64,000 bases of DNA from a marine group bacterium Sva0996 bin134 (GTDB lineage: Bacteria; Actinomycetota; Acidimicrobiia; Acidimicrobiales; Bin134): contig MPNQ01000005.1 in the NCBI GenBank assembly GCA_002239105.1, positions 4,595-68,594 on the forward strand, given 5' to 3'. Shown piece after piece: positions 47,208 through 55,858 of this stretch (within the stretch, counting starts at the first letter, position 1; the number at the start of each line of letters is the position of its first letter). A program made the translations under genes and the position numbers. The notes under the pieces were generated by a model that worked only from the letters and a program-made list of their open reading frames with translations, made no database searches and was not told where the DNA came from.

Positions 47208-47978
47208 CTAGATGTCCAGCAAAGCGTCGAGGCCGACGATGAGCCCCGAACGGCCGGAGGCGGCCTTGATAGCCGCCAGAACACCCGGCATGAACGAGAA
47301 GCGATCAGTGGAGTCTTGGCGGATGGTCAGTGTCTGGCCCTCGGCACCCAGGATCACCTCGTGGTGGGCCACCATCCCCCTCATACGCACGGAATGAACC
47401 CGGATGCCCTCGGGGCCCTCGCCTCCCCGAACTCCGGGCAGCATCTCATGCTCGGTGGGATCGGGAGCCCACTCGCCTGACGCGGCCGCCATTTTCTCCA
47501 CCGTGAGCCGGGCGGTTCCCGACGGTGCGTCGATTTTGGCGTCGTGGTGCAGCTCGATCACCTCAGCGGTGTCGAAGTAGGGCGCGGCCATCTCGGCAAA
47601 CCGCATCATCAGCACAGCGCTTATGGCGAAGTTGGGGGCGATGATGCACGCCCGCCCCGCACTGGCAAAGGCAGCTTCAAATCGCTCCAAGTCGCCGTCG
47701 GTGAAGCCGGTGGTCCCAACGACGGCGTGAATGTTCTGAGCTGCCAGCCAGATCAGGTTGTCTCGGGCCGCTTCAGCAATGGTGAAATCCACCACCACGT
47801 CGGCACCGGCATCTGCCACTGCCTGGCGGTCGGCTACCGAAACTGCGCCGCCGGCGACAGCACCCACCCGAATGGGATCCACGGCGGCCACCAAATCCAG
47901 ATCGGGGTCGGCAGCCACCGCTTCACAGACGGTGGCGCCCATTCTTCCCCCCGCACCGAACACCCCAACCCGAATCAT
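47208..47978 (-). CDS. dapB: 4-hydroxy-tetrahydrodipicolinate reductase
   Basis: GAGGRMG, GTTG, APNF, ELHHDAKIDAPSGTA. Confidence 0.96.
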   Translation of the reverse strand: MIRVGVFGAGGRMGATVCEAVAADPDLDLVAAVDPIRVGAVAGGAVSVADRQAVADAGADVVVDFTIAEAARDNLIWLAAQNIHAVVGTTGFTDGDLERFEAAFASAGRACIIAPNFAISAVLMMRFAEMAAPYFDTAEVIELHHDAKIDAPSGTARLTVEKMAAASGEWAPDPTEHEMLPGVRGGEGPEGIRVHSVRMRGMVAHHEVILGAEGQTLTIRQDSTDRFSFMPGVLAAIKAASGRSGLIVGLDALLDI

Positions 47979-48041
47979 AAACGAGACGATATAGGGCTGA
48001 GCCGTGCCAATACGGCTTAGAAAACTAAGCGGAACGCAGGG

Positions 48042-50723
48042 TTAGCGCGAAGACCGGTCCCGGTCGCGGCCGCGGCCGCCTCCGCCTCGACGATGTGAGC
48101 TGCCACCTGGTCCGAGGTCGCCGAACTCGTCTCGCAGTTGAGACTCAAAGTCGTCTTCAAAGGATGCGGCTTGGGAGGGAACTTCCCAATCTCCACGGTC
48201 GCGGCCACCCCGATTGTCACGGTCGCGGCCACCCCGGTCATCACGGCGATCCCGACGATCATCACGATCCCGGCCACCCCGGCTATCGCGGTCGCGGCCA
48301 CCCCGGTCATCGCGGCGATCCCGACGATCATCACGATCCCGGCCACCCCGGCTATCGCGGTCGCGGCCACCCCGGTCATCGCGGCGATCCCGACGATCAT
48401 CACGATCCCGGCCACCCCGATTGTCACGGTCGCGGCCACCCCGGCTGTCGCGGTCGCGGCCACCTCGGTCGTCGCGGCGATCCCGGCGATCATCACGGTC
48501 CCGGCCACCCCGGTCATCGGAGCGGGAACCAGAGTCACGGTCGTCGCTGCTGTCGTCGCCGGTCAACTTGAGGCTGATCTTGCCGTTGGGGTCTATGTCC
48601 TCCACGACAACCTCGAGGTCGTCGCCCAATGCGACCACGTCTTCAACCCGATCAATTCGGCGGCCTCGGCCCAGCTTGGAGATGTGCACCAAACCATCTC
48701 GGCCCGGAAGGATGTTCACGAACGCCCCGAATGCGGTGATGTTCACCACCTTCCCGTTGTAGACCTCGCCAACATCGGCGGTGGGCGGGTCCAAAATCAG
48801 CCGGATTTGGCGCTCGGCCTCGTCCACCTTGTCGCGGTCGGGCGAAGAAATGGTGACGATGCCCGCGTCCTGGGCGTCATCCACATTGACCTCGGCCCCA
48901 GTCTCAGACTGGATGGAGTTGATGACCTTGCCCTTGGGCCCGATGACCTCGCCGATCTTGTCCAGCGGGATCTCGAACTTGATGATCTTGGGGGCAGTGG
49001 GCCGGACATCGTCCCGGGGGGCATCGATGGCGCCTGCCATCACCTCCAGAATCTTGAGCCGGGCATCACGAGCCTGGTTCAACGCATCAGCCAGCACGTC
49101 AGCGGGCAGCCCGTCGATCTTGGTGTCGAGCTGGAGGGCGGTCACGAAGTCGGCGGTGCCCGCCACCTTGAAGTCCATGTCGCCGAACGCATCTTCGGCG
49201 CCCAGGATGTCGGTGAGCGTGGTGTAGCGACCCTCGTGGAATACCAACCCCATGGCGATGCCGGCCACCGGCGCCTTTATGGGCACACCAGCGTCCATCA
49301 GCGACAGAGTCGATGAGCACACCGAGCCCATGGAGGTGGAGCCGTTTGAGGACAGCACCTCCGATACCAGGCGCAGCGTGTACGGGAACTCGTCCATGGA
49401 GGGGACCACGGGGACCAGGGCCTTCTCTGCCAATGCCCCATGTCCGATCTCCCGGCGCTTCGGCCCCCGCATGAAGCCGGTCTCGCCGGTGGAGTATGGC
49501 GGGAAGTTGTAGTGGTGGATGTAGCGCTTCTTGTCAATGGGGTCGATCCCGTCGATCATCTGGTCCATCCGTGCGGTGCCCAGCGTGGTGATGTTCAACA
49601 CCTGGGTCTCACCCCGCTCGAACAGCCCAGAGCCATGAGCGGTGTCCACCACTCCGACCTCAGATCCAAGTTGCCGGAGATCGGCCGGGCCCCGCCCGTC
49701 GATGCGCGCGCCGTCTTGCACGATCCGCGTGCGAACGATGCTCTTGGTGAGTGACCGGACGGCCGCGGAGATCTGCTTGTCGGCGCCCTCGACCTCGGCG
49801 AACCGGTCGGCCAGCGCTTCAGCGATCTCCTCTTTCACCTGCGACTCGGCCTCTTGGCGCTCTGCCTTGTCGGCTATGGACATGGCTGCGGCCAGCTTGT
49901 CGGCACCAACTTCAGCCACCGCGGCTTCGATCTCGGGGGCGTAGTCCACCTGGAGCTCATACTCCATCGGGGGCTTCACCCCGGCGGTGGCGATCAGCCG
50001 GCGCTGGAGGCCAACCGCTTCTTTGATCCACTCTTTGGACCGCTCCAAACCCTCGGCCAGGGCGGCTTCGTCCACTTTGGGAGTGCCGTTGCTGTACAGC
50101 TCCCAGCCGGCCTCGGTGCCGTTGGCCTCCACCATCATGATGGCCACGTCGCCGTCGTCCAGCACCCGTCCGGCCACCACCATCTCGAAGGTGGATTCGG
50201 CACCCTCTTCATAGGTGGGGTGGGGAATCCACTCCCCGTCGGCACTGTGAGCCACTCGGACCGCGCCGATCGGCCCGGCAAACGGGATGCCCGAGATGCT
50301 CAGTGCGGCCGATGCCCCGTTGATGGCGATCACGTCATAGGGGTTCTCCTGGTCTGCACCCAAAACGGTTCCGACGACGTGGATCTCGTTGCGGAATCCG
50401 TCGGGGAATGAGGGCCGCAGGGGTCGATCGATCAAACGGCACGTGAGGATGGCCGACTCAGGGGCCCGGCCCTCCCGCCGGAAGAACGAGCCGGGGATCT
50501 TGCCCGCGGCATACATGCGCTCTTCGATGTCGACGGTCAGGGGGAAGAAGTCCGCCCCTTCTCGCACCCGGCGGGCCGCGGTTGCGGTTACCAGGATGGT
50601 GGTGTCGCCCATGCGGACCACAACGGCTCCGTCGGCCTGTCCGGCCAGACGACCTGTCTCAAAGGACAGGGTCTTACTTTCCGCGCCGCTTACTGCGGCT
50701 GAAACGGTGATGGCTTCCGCCAT
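48042..50723 (-). CDS. pnp: Polyribonucleotide nucleotidyltransferase with extended Arg/Asp/Gly-rich tail
   Basis: FFPLTVD, RREIGHG, SNGSTSMGS, GDMDFKVAG, KH and S1 domains. Confidence 0.98.
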   Translation of the reverse strand: MAEAITVSAAVSGAESKTLSFETGRLAGQADGAVVVRMGDTTILVTATAARRVREGADFFPLTVDIEERMYAAGKIPGSFFRREGRAPESAILTCRLIDRPLRPSFPDGFRNEIHVVGTVLGADQENPYDVIAINGASAALSISGIPFAGPIGAVRVAHSADGEWIPHPTYEEGAESTFEMVVAGRVLDDGDVAIMMVEANGTEAGWELYSNGTPKVDEAALAEGLERSKEWIKEAVGLQRRLIATAGVKPPMEYELQVDYAPEIEAAVAEVGADKLAAAMSIADKAERQEAESQVKEEIAEALADRFAEVEGADKQISAAVRSLTKSIVRTRIVQDGARIDGRGPADLRQLGSEVGVVDTAHGSGLFERGETQVLNITTLGTARMDQMIDGIDPIDKKRYIHHYNFPPYSTGETGFMRGPKRREIGHGALAEKALVPVVPSMDEFPYTLRLVSEVLSSNGSTSMGSVCSSTLSLMDAGVPIKAPVAGIAMGLVFHEGRYTTLTDILGAEDAFGDMDFKVAGTADFVTALQLDTKIDGLPADVLADALNQARDARLKILEVMAGAIDAPRDDVRPTAPKIIKFEIPLDKIGEVIGPKGKVINSIQSETGAEVNVDDAQDAGIVTISSPDRDKVDEAERQIRLILDPPTADVGEVYNGKVVNITAFGAFVNILPGRDGLVHISKLGRGRRIDRVEDVVALGDDLEVVVEDIDPNGKISLKLTGDDSSDDRDSGSRSDDRGGRDRDDRRDRRDDRGGRDRDSRGGRDRDNRGGRDRDDRRDRRDDRGGRDRDSRGGRDRDDRRDRRDDRGGRDRDSRGGRDRDDRRDRRDDRGGRDRDNRGGRDRGDWEVPSQAASFEDDFESQLRDEFGDLGPGGSSHRRGGGGRGRDRDRSSR
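48195..48518 (-). repeat. Coding tandem repeat in the pnp 3' end (about 69-bp unit built from 45-bp and 24-bp subunits)
   Basis: GGRDRDDRRDRRDDR four times, interspersed with GGRDRD(S/N)R; near-identical DNA copies. Confidence 0.92.
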
Positions 50724-50770
50724 TTTTGCTCCTCTCCGGGCCACGTGAGGCCCGAGCGGGCCGGAATGGA

Positions 50771-50827
50771 GCCAGTTCCCAGTTGGAGGGGCCCAGCGCA
50801 ACTAGGCCCCTTCAACTGGCAGCTGGC
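50771..50827 (-). promoter_or_regulatory. Long hairpin in the rpsO-pnp intergenic region (probable RNase III autoregulation site)
   Basis: GCCAGCTGCCAGTTGAAGGGGCC…GGCCCCTCCAACTGGGAACTGGC stem; position matches the known pnp leader hairpin. Confidence 0.7.
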
Positions 50828-50883
50828 CTCTCTAGTGGCCCGCTTATTTGTTTTCCATATATCGCCAGGGCGATGCCCGCTTC

Positions 50884-51153
50884 TCAGCGGCGAAGTCCAA
50901 GTTCGGCGATGATGCCTCGGTAGCGCTCCACATCGTTGTCCTTGACGTAGTCGAGCAGCCGCCGCCGTCGGCCCACCATCATCAGCAAGCCTCGCCTGCT
51001 GTGGTGGTCCTTGACATGCACCTTCAAGTGCTCAGTGAGGTGATCGATCCGCTCAGTGAGCAGTGCAATCTGTACCTCGGGCGAGCCAGTATCGGTGTCA
51101 TGCACGCGGTGCTTCTCGATAGTCGCGGTTTTGGACGCTAGTTTCTCGGCCAT
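50884..51153 (-). CDS. rpsO: 30S ribosomal protein S15
   Basis: [13 protein letters not shown]…[10 protein letters not shown]. Confidence 0.98.
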   Translation of the reverse strand: MAEKLASKTATIEKHRVHDTDTGSPEVQIALLTERIDHLTEHLKVHVKDHHSRRGLLMMVGRRRRLLDYVKDNDVERYRGIIAELGLRR

Positions 51154-51307
51154 CCCTACTCAGTGTGTCCGTCGGTCAGAAAACGGGCGATTTCACGACA
51201 CCTTGCCGTGCTTGTGCCCGGGGGACCCGATCAAACTACCACCCCGAAGGCCAGAACACCCATCTGAGAGCATTTGGCCTGAGAGGTTTTAGGGGATACT
51301 GGTGTCG

Positions 51308-52168
51308 ATGAAGGTTGTGTCCTTCGGAAGCCTCAACTACGACCTGTCCATCTGGCTCGACCGGCTGCCCGGCCCCGACGAGACCCTGCGGGCCCAGCGG
51401 ATGGAGGCTTTCTCCGGGGGCAAGGGCGCCAACCAGGCCACCGCCGCGGCCCAACTTGGGGCCACCGCGCCCATGGTGGGCTGTGTGGGCGACGACGATC
51501 GGGGCCGCTGGCTGCTGGACGTGCTCAACGGCAACGGCGTGGACACCAGCCTTGTCCGCGTCGTCGAGGAGCCCACCGGCACCGCGGTGCCGCTCATCAC
51601 CGCGGCGGACGTCTCCATCGTCATCGTCGCCGGGGCCAACGCCAGCACCGGGGTGGCGGACGCTGATGCCGCCGCGCAGGTCATCGCCTCGGCCGACGTG
51701 CTGCTGCTGCAAGGCGAGGTGGGGGCAGCGGGTGCCCGGCGAGCCGCCCAGGCTGCCCGTTCGGGCGGGACCACGGTGGTGTTCAACCCAGCACCCGTCG
51801 ACCCGTTCTTGGTGGAAGCGGTGGCGCCGCTGACCGACATCTTGGTGATGAACCGGGCCGAGCAGGCCCAGGTGGCAGCAATCGGCCCCGACACAAGCCA
51901 ATGCGAAACGATCATCACCCTGGGCAGCCGGGGTGCTCAGCTCGACGATGTACTGGTTCCCTCTTACCCCGCAGATGTGGTGGATCCCACCGGCGCAGGC
52001 GATGCGTTCTGCGGTGCCCTGGGCGTGGCTCTGGCCGAGGGTCTGGCGCTGATCGAAGCTGTCCGCTTCGCCAACGCCGCTGGCGCCCTGGCGGTAGCAA
52101 CCCCCGGCGCCCAGCCCTCCATGCCCACCCGCAGCGCCGTCGAGTCCCTGCTCGACGGCCACCGTTAA
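51308..52168 (+). CDS. rbsK: Ribokinase (PfkB family)
   Basis: GSLNYDL, GGKGANQA, NPAP, DPTGAGDAFCG. Confidence 0.85.
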   Translation: MKVVSFGSLNYDLSIWLDRLPGPDETLRAQRMEAFSGGKGANQATAAAQLGATAPMVGCVGDDDRGRWLLDVLNGNGVDTSLVRVVEEPTGTAVPLITAADVSIVIVAGANASTGVADADAAAQVIASADVLLLQGEVGAAGARRAAQAARSGGTTVVFNPAPVDPFLVEAVAPLTDILVMNRAEQAQVAAIGPDTSQCETIITLGSRGAQLDDVLVPSYPADVVDPTGAGDAFCGALGVALAEGLALIEAVRFANAAGALAVATPGAQPSMPTRSAVESLLDGHR

Positions 52169-52175
52169 GACTGAA

Positions 52176-53285
52176 CTACCCGCTAAGGGCGGGGATGACG
52201 TGGGTGGCGGTGAGGCGGATGCTCTCCATGGTCTTCTCGTGGGGGATGTTGTAGGGGTTCATCATGCACAAGAGCAGGTCGACGCCGAGATCGGCGAAGC
52301 CCCGGCATAGCTCGATGCACTGGTCGGGGTCGCCGGCAATGGCCACGCCCTGGTCCACCAAGTCCTCCACGCTGAACGTGGTATCCCAGTCGGCATCGGC
52401 GGTCATGCCGGGGAGATACCGCAGATAGTTCCAGTCGCCCAGCTCGGCGCCCTCTTCTTGGAGCATCTCGGCCACGCTGCCCACCAGCTTGAACGCCACC
52501 GTGGGGTACCACCAGAACGACTCCCGGGCGTTGTCGTAGGCCTCGGCCGTGGTGGGCGCGCAGTGGAACATGGCGAATGTGGCCACCCGGTCGTTCACGA
52601 AACCGCCCACCGGGTTCTGGCAGGCCGCCACCGCCTCGCGGTACAAGCCGATTCGCAATTCCAGCTCTTCGAGCGACACCCCGGCGCTGAACGACAGCAA
52701 ACCCATCCCCATATCCCCCACCAATTGATGGGTTTCCCGGCTGCCAGTAGCGGCCCACAGGGGAGGATGGGGCTTTTGCACCGGTTTGGGCAGCACCCGG
52801 CGGCGAGGCATCGACCAGTGCTCACCCTGGAACTCATGCTCGTCGTTCATCCAACAGCCAGCGATGTGCTCCACCGCCTCGGCCCACATCGCCCGTGTCT
52901 CGCGAGGGTCGATTCCAAACCCCTCCAGCTCGGCCCGGGTGGTTGAGCGGCCAGTGCCGAACTCCACTCGGCCCCCGCTGAGCAAATCCAGCGTGGCCGC
53001 AGACTCGGCGCTGCGCACCGGATGGTTGTAGGGCTTGGGGGTAAGCCGCACCCCATAGCCCAGCCGAATCTGCTCAGTGAGCGCGGCCACCGCTCCGTAG
53101 AGCACCTCGGGATTGGAGCTGTGTGACATCTCCTCCAAGAAGTGGTGCTCAACCGTCCAGAAACTGTGGAAGCCGAGCTGATCAGCCAGCACAGCCTGCT
53201 GGATCAACTCTTGATAGCGAAGCTGCTCGCTGTTTTGGTGCCACGGCCGGGGCACCGGGATCTCGGAGAATAGGGCGAGCTTCAT
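52176..53285 (-). CDS. LLM-class flavin-dependent oxidoreductase
   Basis: WTVEHHFLEE…HPVRSAE…LDLLSGGRVEFGTGRS…PKPVQKPHPPLW. Confidence 0.92.
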   Translation of the reverse strand: MKLALFSEIPVPRPWHQNSEQLRYQELIQQAVLADQLGFHSFWTVEHHFLEEMSHSSNPEVLYGAVAALTEQIRLGYGVRLTPKPYNHPVRSAESAATLDLLSGGRVEFGTGRSTTRAELEGFGIDPRETRAMWAEAVEHIAGCWMNDEHEFQGEHWSMPRRRVLPKPVQKPHPPLWAATGSRETHQLVGDMGMGLLSFSAGVSLEELELRIGLYREAVAACQNPVGGFVNDRVATFAMFHCAPTTAEAYDNARESFWWYPTVAFKLVGSVAEMLQEEGAELGDWNYLRYLPGMTADADWDTTFSVEDLVDQGVAIAGDPDQCIELCRGFADLGVDLLLCMMNPYNIPHEKTMESIRLTATHVIPALSG

Positions 53286-53290
53286 GCCGG

Positions 53291-54244
53291 TTAGCGGGAC
53301 GGTTCCGCGCTCAAGATCTCCCGACTAAGGGCGACATCCACCCGGAGCTGCTTGACCAGGGAGTCGATGCCGTCGAAGCGGTGCTCGCTTCTCAGCAGCT
53401 CCACAAACTCCACTCTGGCCTCCTCGCCGTACAGGTCGCCCTCGAAATCGAGGAGATGCGCCTCCAACAGCGACTGCTGGGCGTGCTCATAGAAAGTGGG
53501 GCGTCGGCCGATATTGATGGCCGCCATGTGCCGGGACCCGTCGGGACGGGTGTACCAGCCGGCGTACACTGCGTCGGCCGGCCAGGCCATGACCATGGAA
53601 ACCGGGATGTTGGCGGTGGGAAACCCGATGGTCATCCCCCGCCGATCGCCCAAAACCACCTTGCCCCTGATCTCGTGGTAGCGCCCCAGCATGGCCGCCG
53701 CGGTGCGAACATCGCCGCCCGCCAGCGCCCGGCGCACTGCGGTGGATGAAACCGGCTCGGGCCATTTCTCGTCGTGGTGCAGGAGCGTAACCGCTTGCAC
53801 CTCAAAGCCCATTTCCTGGCCGAATTCCCTCAGCGTGTCGATGTTTCCCAGCCGAGCCCGCCCGAAGTGGAAGTCCTCCCCCACCACCACGCTGCGCACT
53901 CTCATCCTTTCCACGAAGACCTCTCGCACAAATTCCTCGGGCATGGTGTGGGCTCGATCAGGGGAGAACTCAATCAAGTACACGTATTCGATGCCGGCCG
54001 CCTCGAGCAGCTCCAGCTTCTGATCGAGCGAGTTGAGCAGCTTGGGCGCATTCTCCGGCCGCAAGACCAGGGCCGGGTGGCGGTCAAAGGTGACCACTGC
54101 GGGAGCAACGCCCAGTCGATTCGCTTCGCTGAGGAGCTGATCGATGACAGCCTGGTGTCCGACGTGGACACCGTCGTACACCCCGATGCTGGCTGCGGTC
54201 TCCTCAATGCCCTGCAGGCTGCCGAAGTCTTCTATGACCTGCAC
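53291..54244 (-). CDS. ribF: Bifunctional riboflavin kinase / FAD synthetase
   Basis: GVYDGVHVGH, VSSTAVR, GFPTAN, LEAHLLDF. Confidence 0.96.
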   Translation of the reverse strand: MQVIEDFGSLQGIEETAASIGVYDGVHVGHQAVIDQLLSEANRLGVAPAVVTFDRHPALVLRPENAPKLLNSLDQKLELLEAAGIEYVYLIEFSPDRAHTMPEEFVREVFVERMRVRSVVVGEDFHFGRARLGNIDTLREFGQEMGFEVQAVTLLHHDEKWPEPVSSTAVRRALAGGDVRTAAAMLGRYHEIRGKVVLGDRRGMTIGFPTANIPVSMVMAWPADAVYAGWYTRPDGSRHMAAINIGRRPTFYEHAQQSLLEAHLLDFEGDLYGEEARVEFVELLRSEHRFDGIDSLVKQLRVDVALSREILSAEPSR

Positions 54245-54316
54245 CGCGCTGCACGGTAGCGGCCACAGCCTCAAACTGGACAATCCCGGTGGCCTCAAGA
54301 CCGCCCGCCACTGGCC

Positions 54317-55183
54317 TCATTGGGGAATGACCACCTCCGGTTTGACCATCCCCGAGGTATGAGGCTTGTAGACAGCCAAGAGTTGACCCTGCGGCCCGAG
54401 CACGGCCCACGGGCCGTCGCCCTTCGCAGCCAACTCGTCAGTGGCCATCACCTGTCCGCTGCTCACCCTTTGGCCGAGCGACTCATCGACCGACACTGCC
54501 GGGTAGTCGCGCAGGGCCTCGGCCATCGACAACAACGAAGGCTTGCTGACTGGCCGGGCCTCATCGATCGCAAACGAGCCAATGGCCATGCGCCGCAAAG
54601 CCCGCAAGTGCGCCCCTCCCCCCAGGGCGGCGCCGATGTCGGCGGCCAGCGAGCGGATGTAAGTCCCCGAGGAACAGGTCACCTCAATCCTGTACACGCC
54701 GGCGTCAGGGTCTATCGGAGCAACCGCCAGTTTGTGGACGGTTACTGGGCGGGGTTCCCGCTCTACCTCCACACCCTCACGGGCCAACTCGTGCAGACGG
54801 CGGCCTCCGATCTTGATGGCCGACACCATCGGCGGAACCTGCATGATGTCGCCGAGAAATCCAGAGGCAGCCTCAGAAACCTGCTCGGGGGTGACCGCCG
54901 ACATGTCGTAGACCGCGGTGACCTCGCCCTCCGCGTCCAGCGTGGTGGTCTCAGCACCCAGGATCAGCTCGCCCACATATTGCTTGGGAAGCGGGGTGAT
55001 AAACCGCAGCAGCCGAGTGGCACGGCCCACCCCCAAGAGCAACACCCCAGTGGCGCCGGGGTCCAGGGTCCCGGCGTGTCCCACTTTGCGGGTGCCGAAG
55101 ACGCCCCGGGCCTTGGCCACCACATCGTGGGAGGTCCACCCCGTCTCTTTGTCGATAACCGCCAACCCGTCGGTCGGGCTCAC
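54317..55183 (-). CDS. truB: tRNA pseudouridine(55) synthase
   Basis: TSHDVV, KVGHAGTLDP, CSSGTYIRSLA. Confidence 0.97.
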   Translation of the reverse strand: MSPTDGLAVIDKETGWTSHDVVAKARGVFGTRKVGHAGTLDPGATGVLLLGVGRATRLLRFITPLPKQYVGELILGAETTTLDAEGEVTAVYDMSAVTPEQVSEAASGFLGDIMQVPPMVSAIKIGGRRLHELAREGVEVEREPRPVTVHKLAVAPIDPDAGVYRIEVTCSSGTYIRSLAADIGAALGGGAHLRALRRMAIGSFAIDEARPVSKPSLLSMAEALRDYPAVSVDESLGQRVSSGQVMATDELAAKGDGPWAVLGPQGQLLAVYKPHTSGMVKPEVVIPQ

Positions 55184-55554
55184 TATTCGTCCTCGGCAGC
55201 CAGATCACGCAATATCTGATCGACCCGCTCACCGGCTGAAATGGAGGGATCAAGGGCGAACACCAACTCGGGGACCCTGCGGACCGCAGAAGAATGGGCG
55301 ACTGCCTGTTTTAGCTGGAGACGATGCTCCTCCAATGCCTCTAGGGCCGCAGATGCCGCCTCGTCGTCCAGCACGCTTATGTACACAGTGGCCTGGCTCA
55401 ATTCGGCACTGGTCTCCACCCCGGTGATGCTGGCCAGCTCCAGCCGGTCGTCATCCAATAGGGCCAGTTCAGAGGCCAGTATCTCTCGCAGCAACTCGCC
55501 TAGCCGGGCCGAGCGTGAGTATCGGGAGGGGCGCGACGCCCGGTTGCGAGCCAC
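55183..55554 (-). CDS. rbfA: Ribosome-binding factor A
   Basis: RLGELLREIL…DDRL…ITGV…RRVPELVF; located between infB and truB. Confidence 0.9.
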   Translation of the reverse strand: MARNRASRPSRYSRSARLGELLREILASELALLDDDRLELASITGVETSAELSQATVYISVLDDEAASAALEALEEHRLQLKQAVAHSSAVRRVPELVFALDPSISAGERVDQILRDLAAEDE

Positions 55555-55556
55555 GC

Positions 55557-55850
55557 CTACTCCTCGGTGTTGAGCCAATGCGATGAGGAGCCCACCACTT
55601 CGATCTCGGGAATCGACCAGATGAACCGGTCCACATCATCGGCCAGCGACCGGCATTGGCCCGGCTGGCCCGACACAACCGCCATACCCACCTCTGCCCT
55701 CTGCCACAGATCGGTGTGACCGGTTTCCGCCGCCGACACACCGAATCGACGGGCCAAGTCCGACAGCAAGGGTCGCAGAACCGAACGGCGCTCCTTCAGC
55801 GATTGGCAACCAGGGATGTGCAAGTCATAGACCACGGCGAGAACGTGCAT
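55557..55850 (-). CDS. DUF503 (YlxP-like) protein
   Basis: DLHIPGCQSLKERRSVL…VSAAETGHTDLWQRA. Confidence 0.9.
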   Translation of the reverse strand: MHVLAVVYDLHIPGCQSLKERRSVLRPLLSDLARRFGVSAAETGHTDLWQRAEVGMAVVSGQPGQCRSLADDVDRFIWSIPEIEVVGSSSHWLNTEE

Positions 55851-55858
55851 CGGCTCGA

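Noticed and set aside
48195-48518. Regular repeats resembling a CRISPR array
   Set aside because: In-frame coding repeats inside pnp with no unique spacers and no cas genes.
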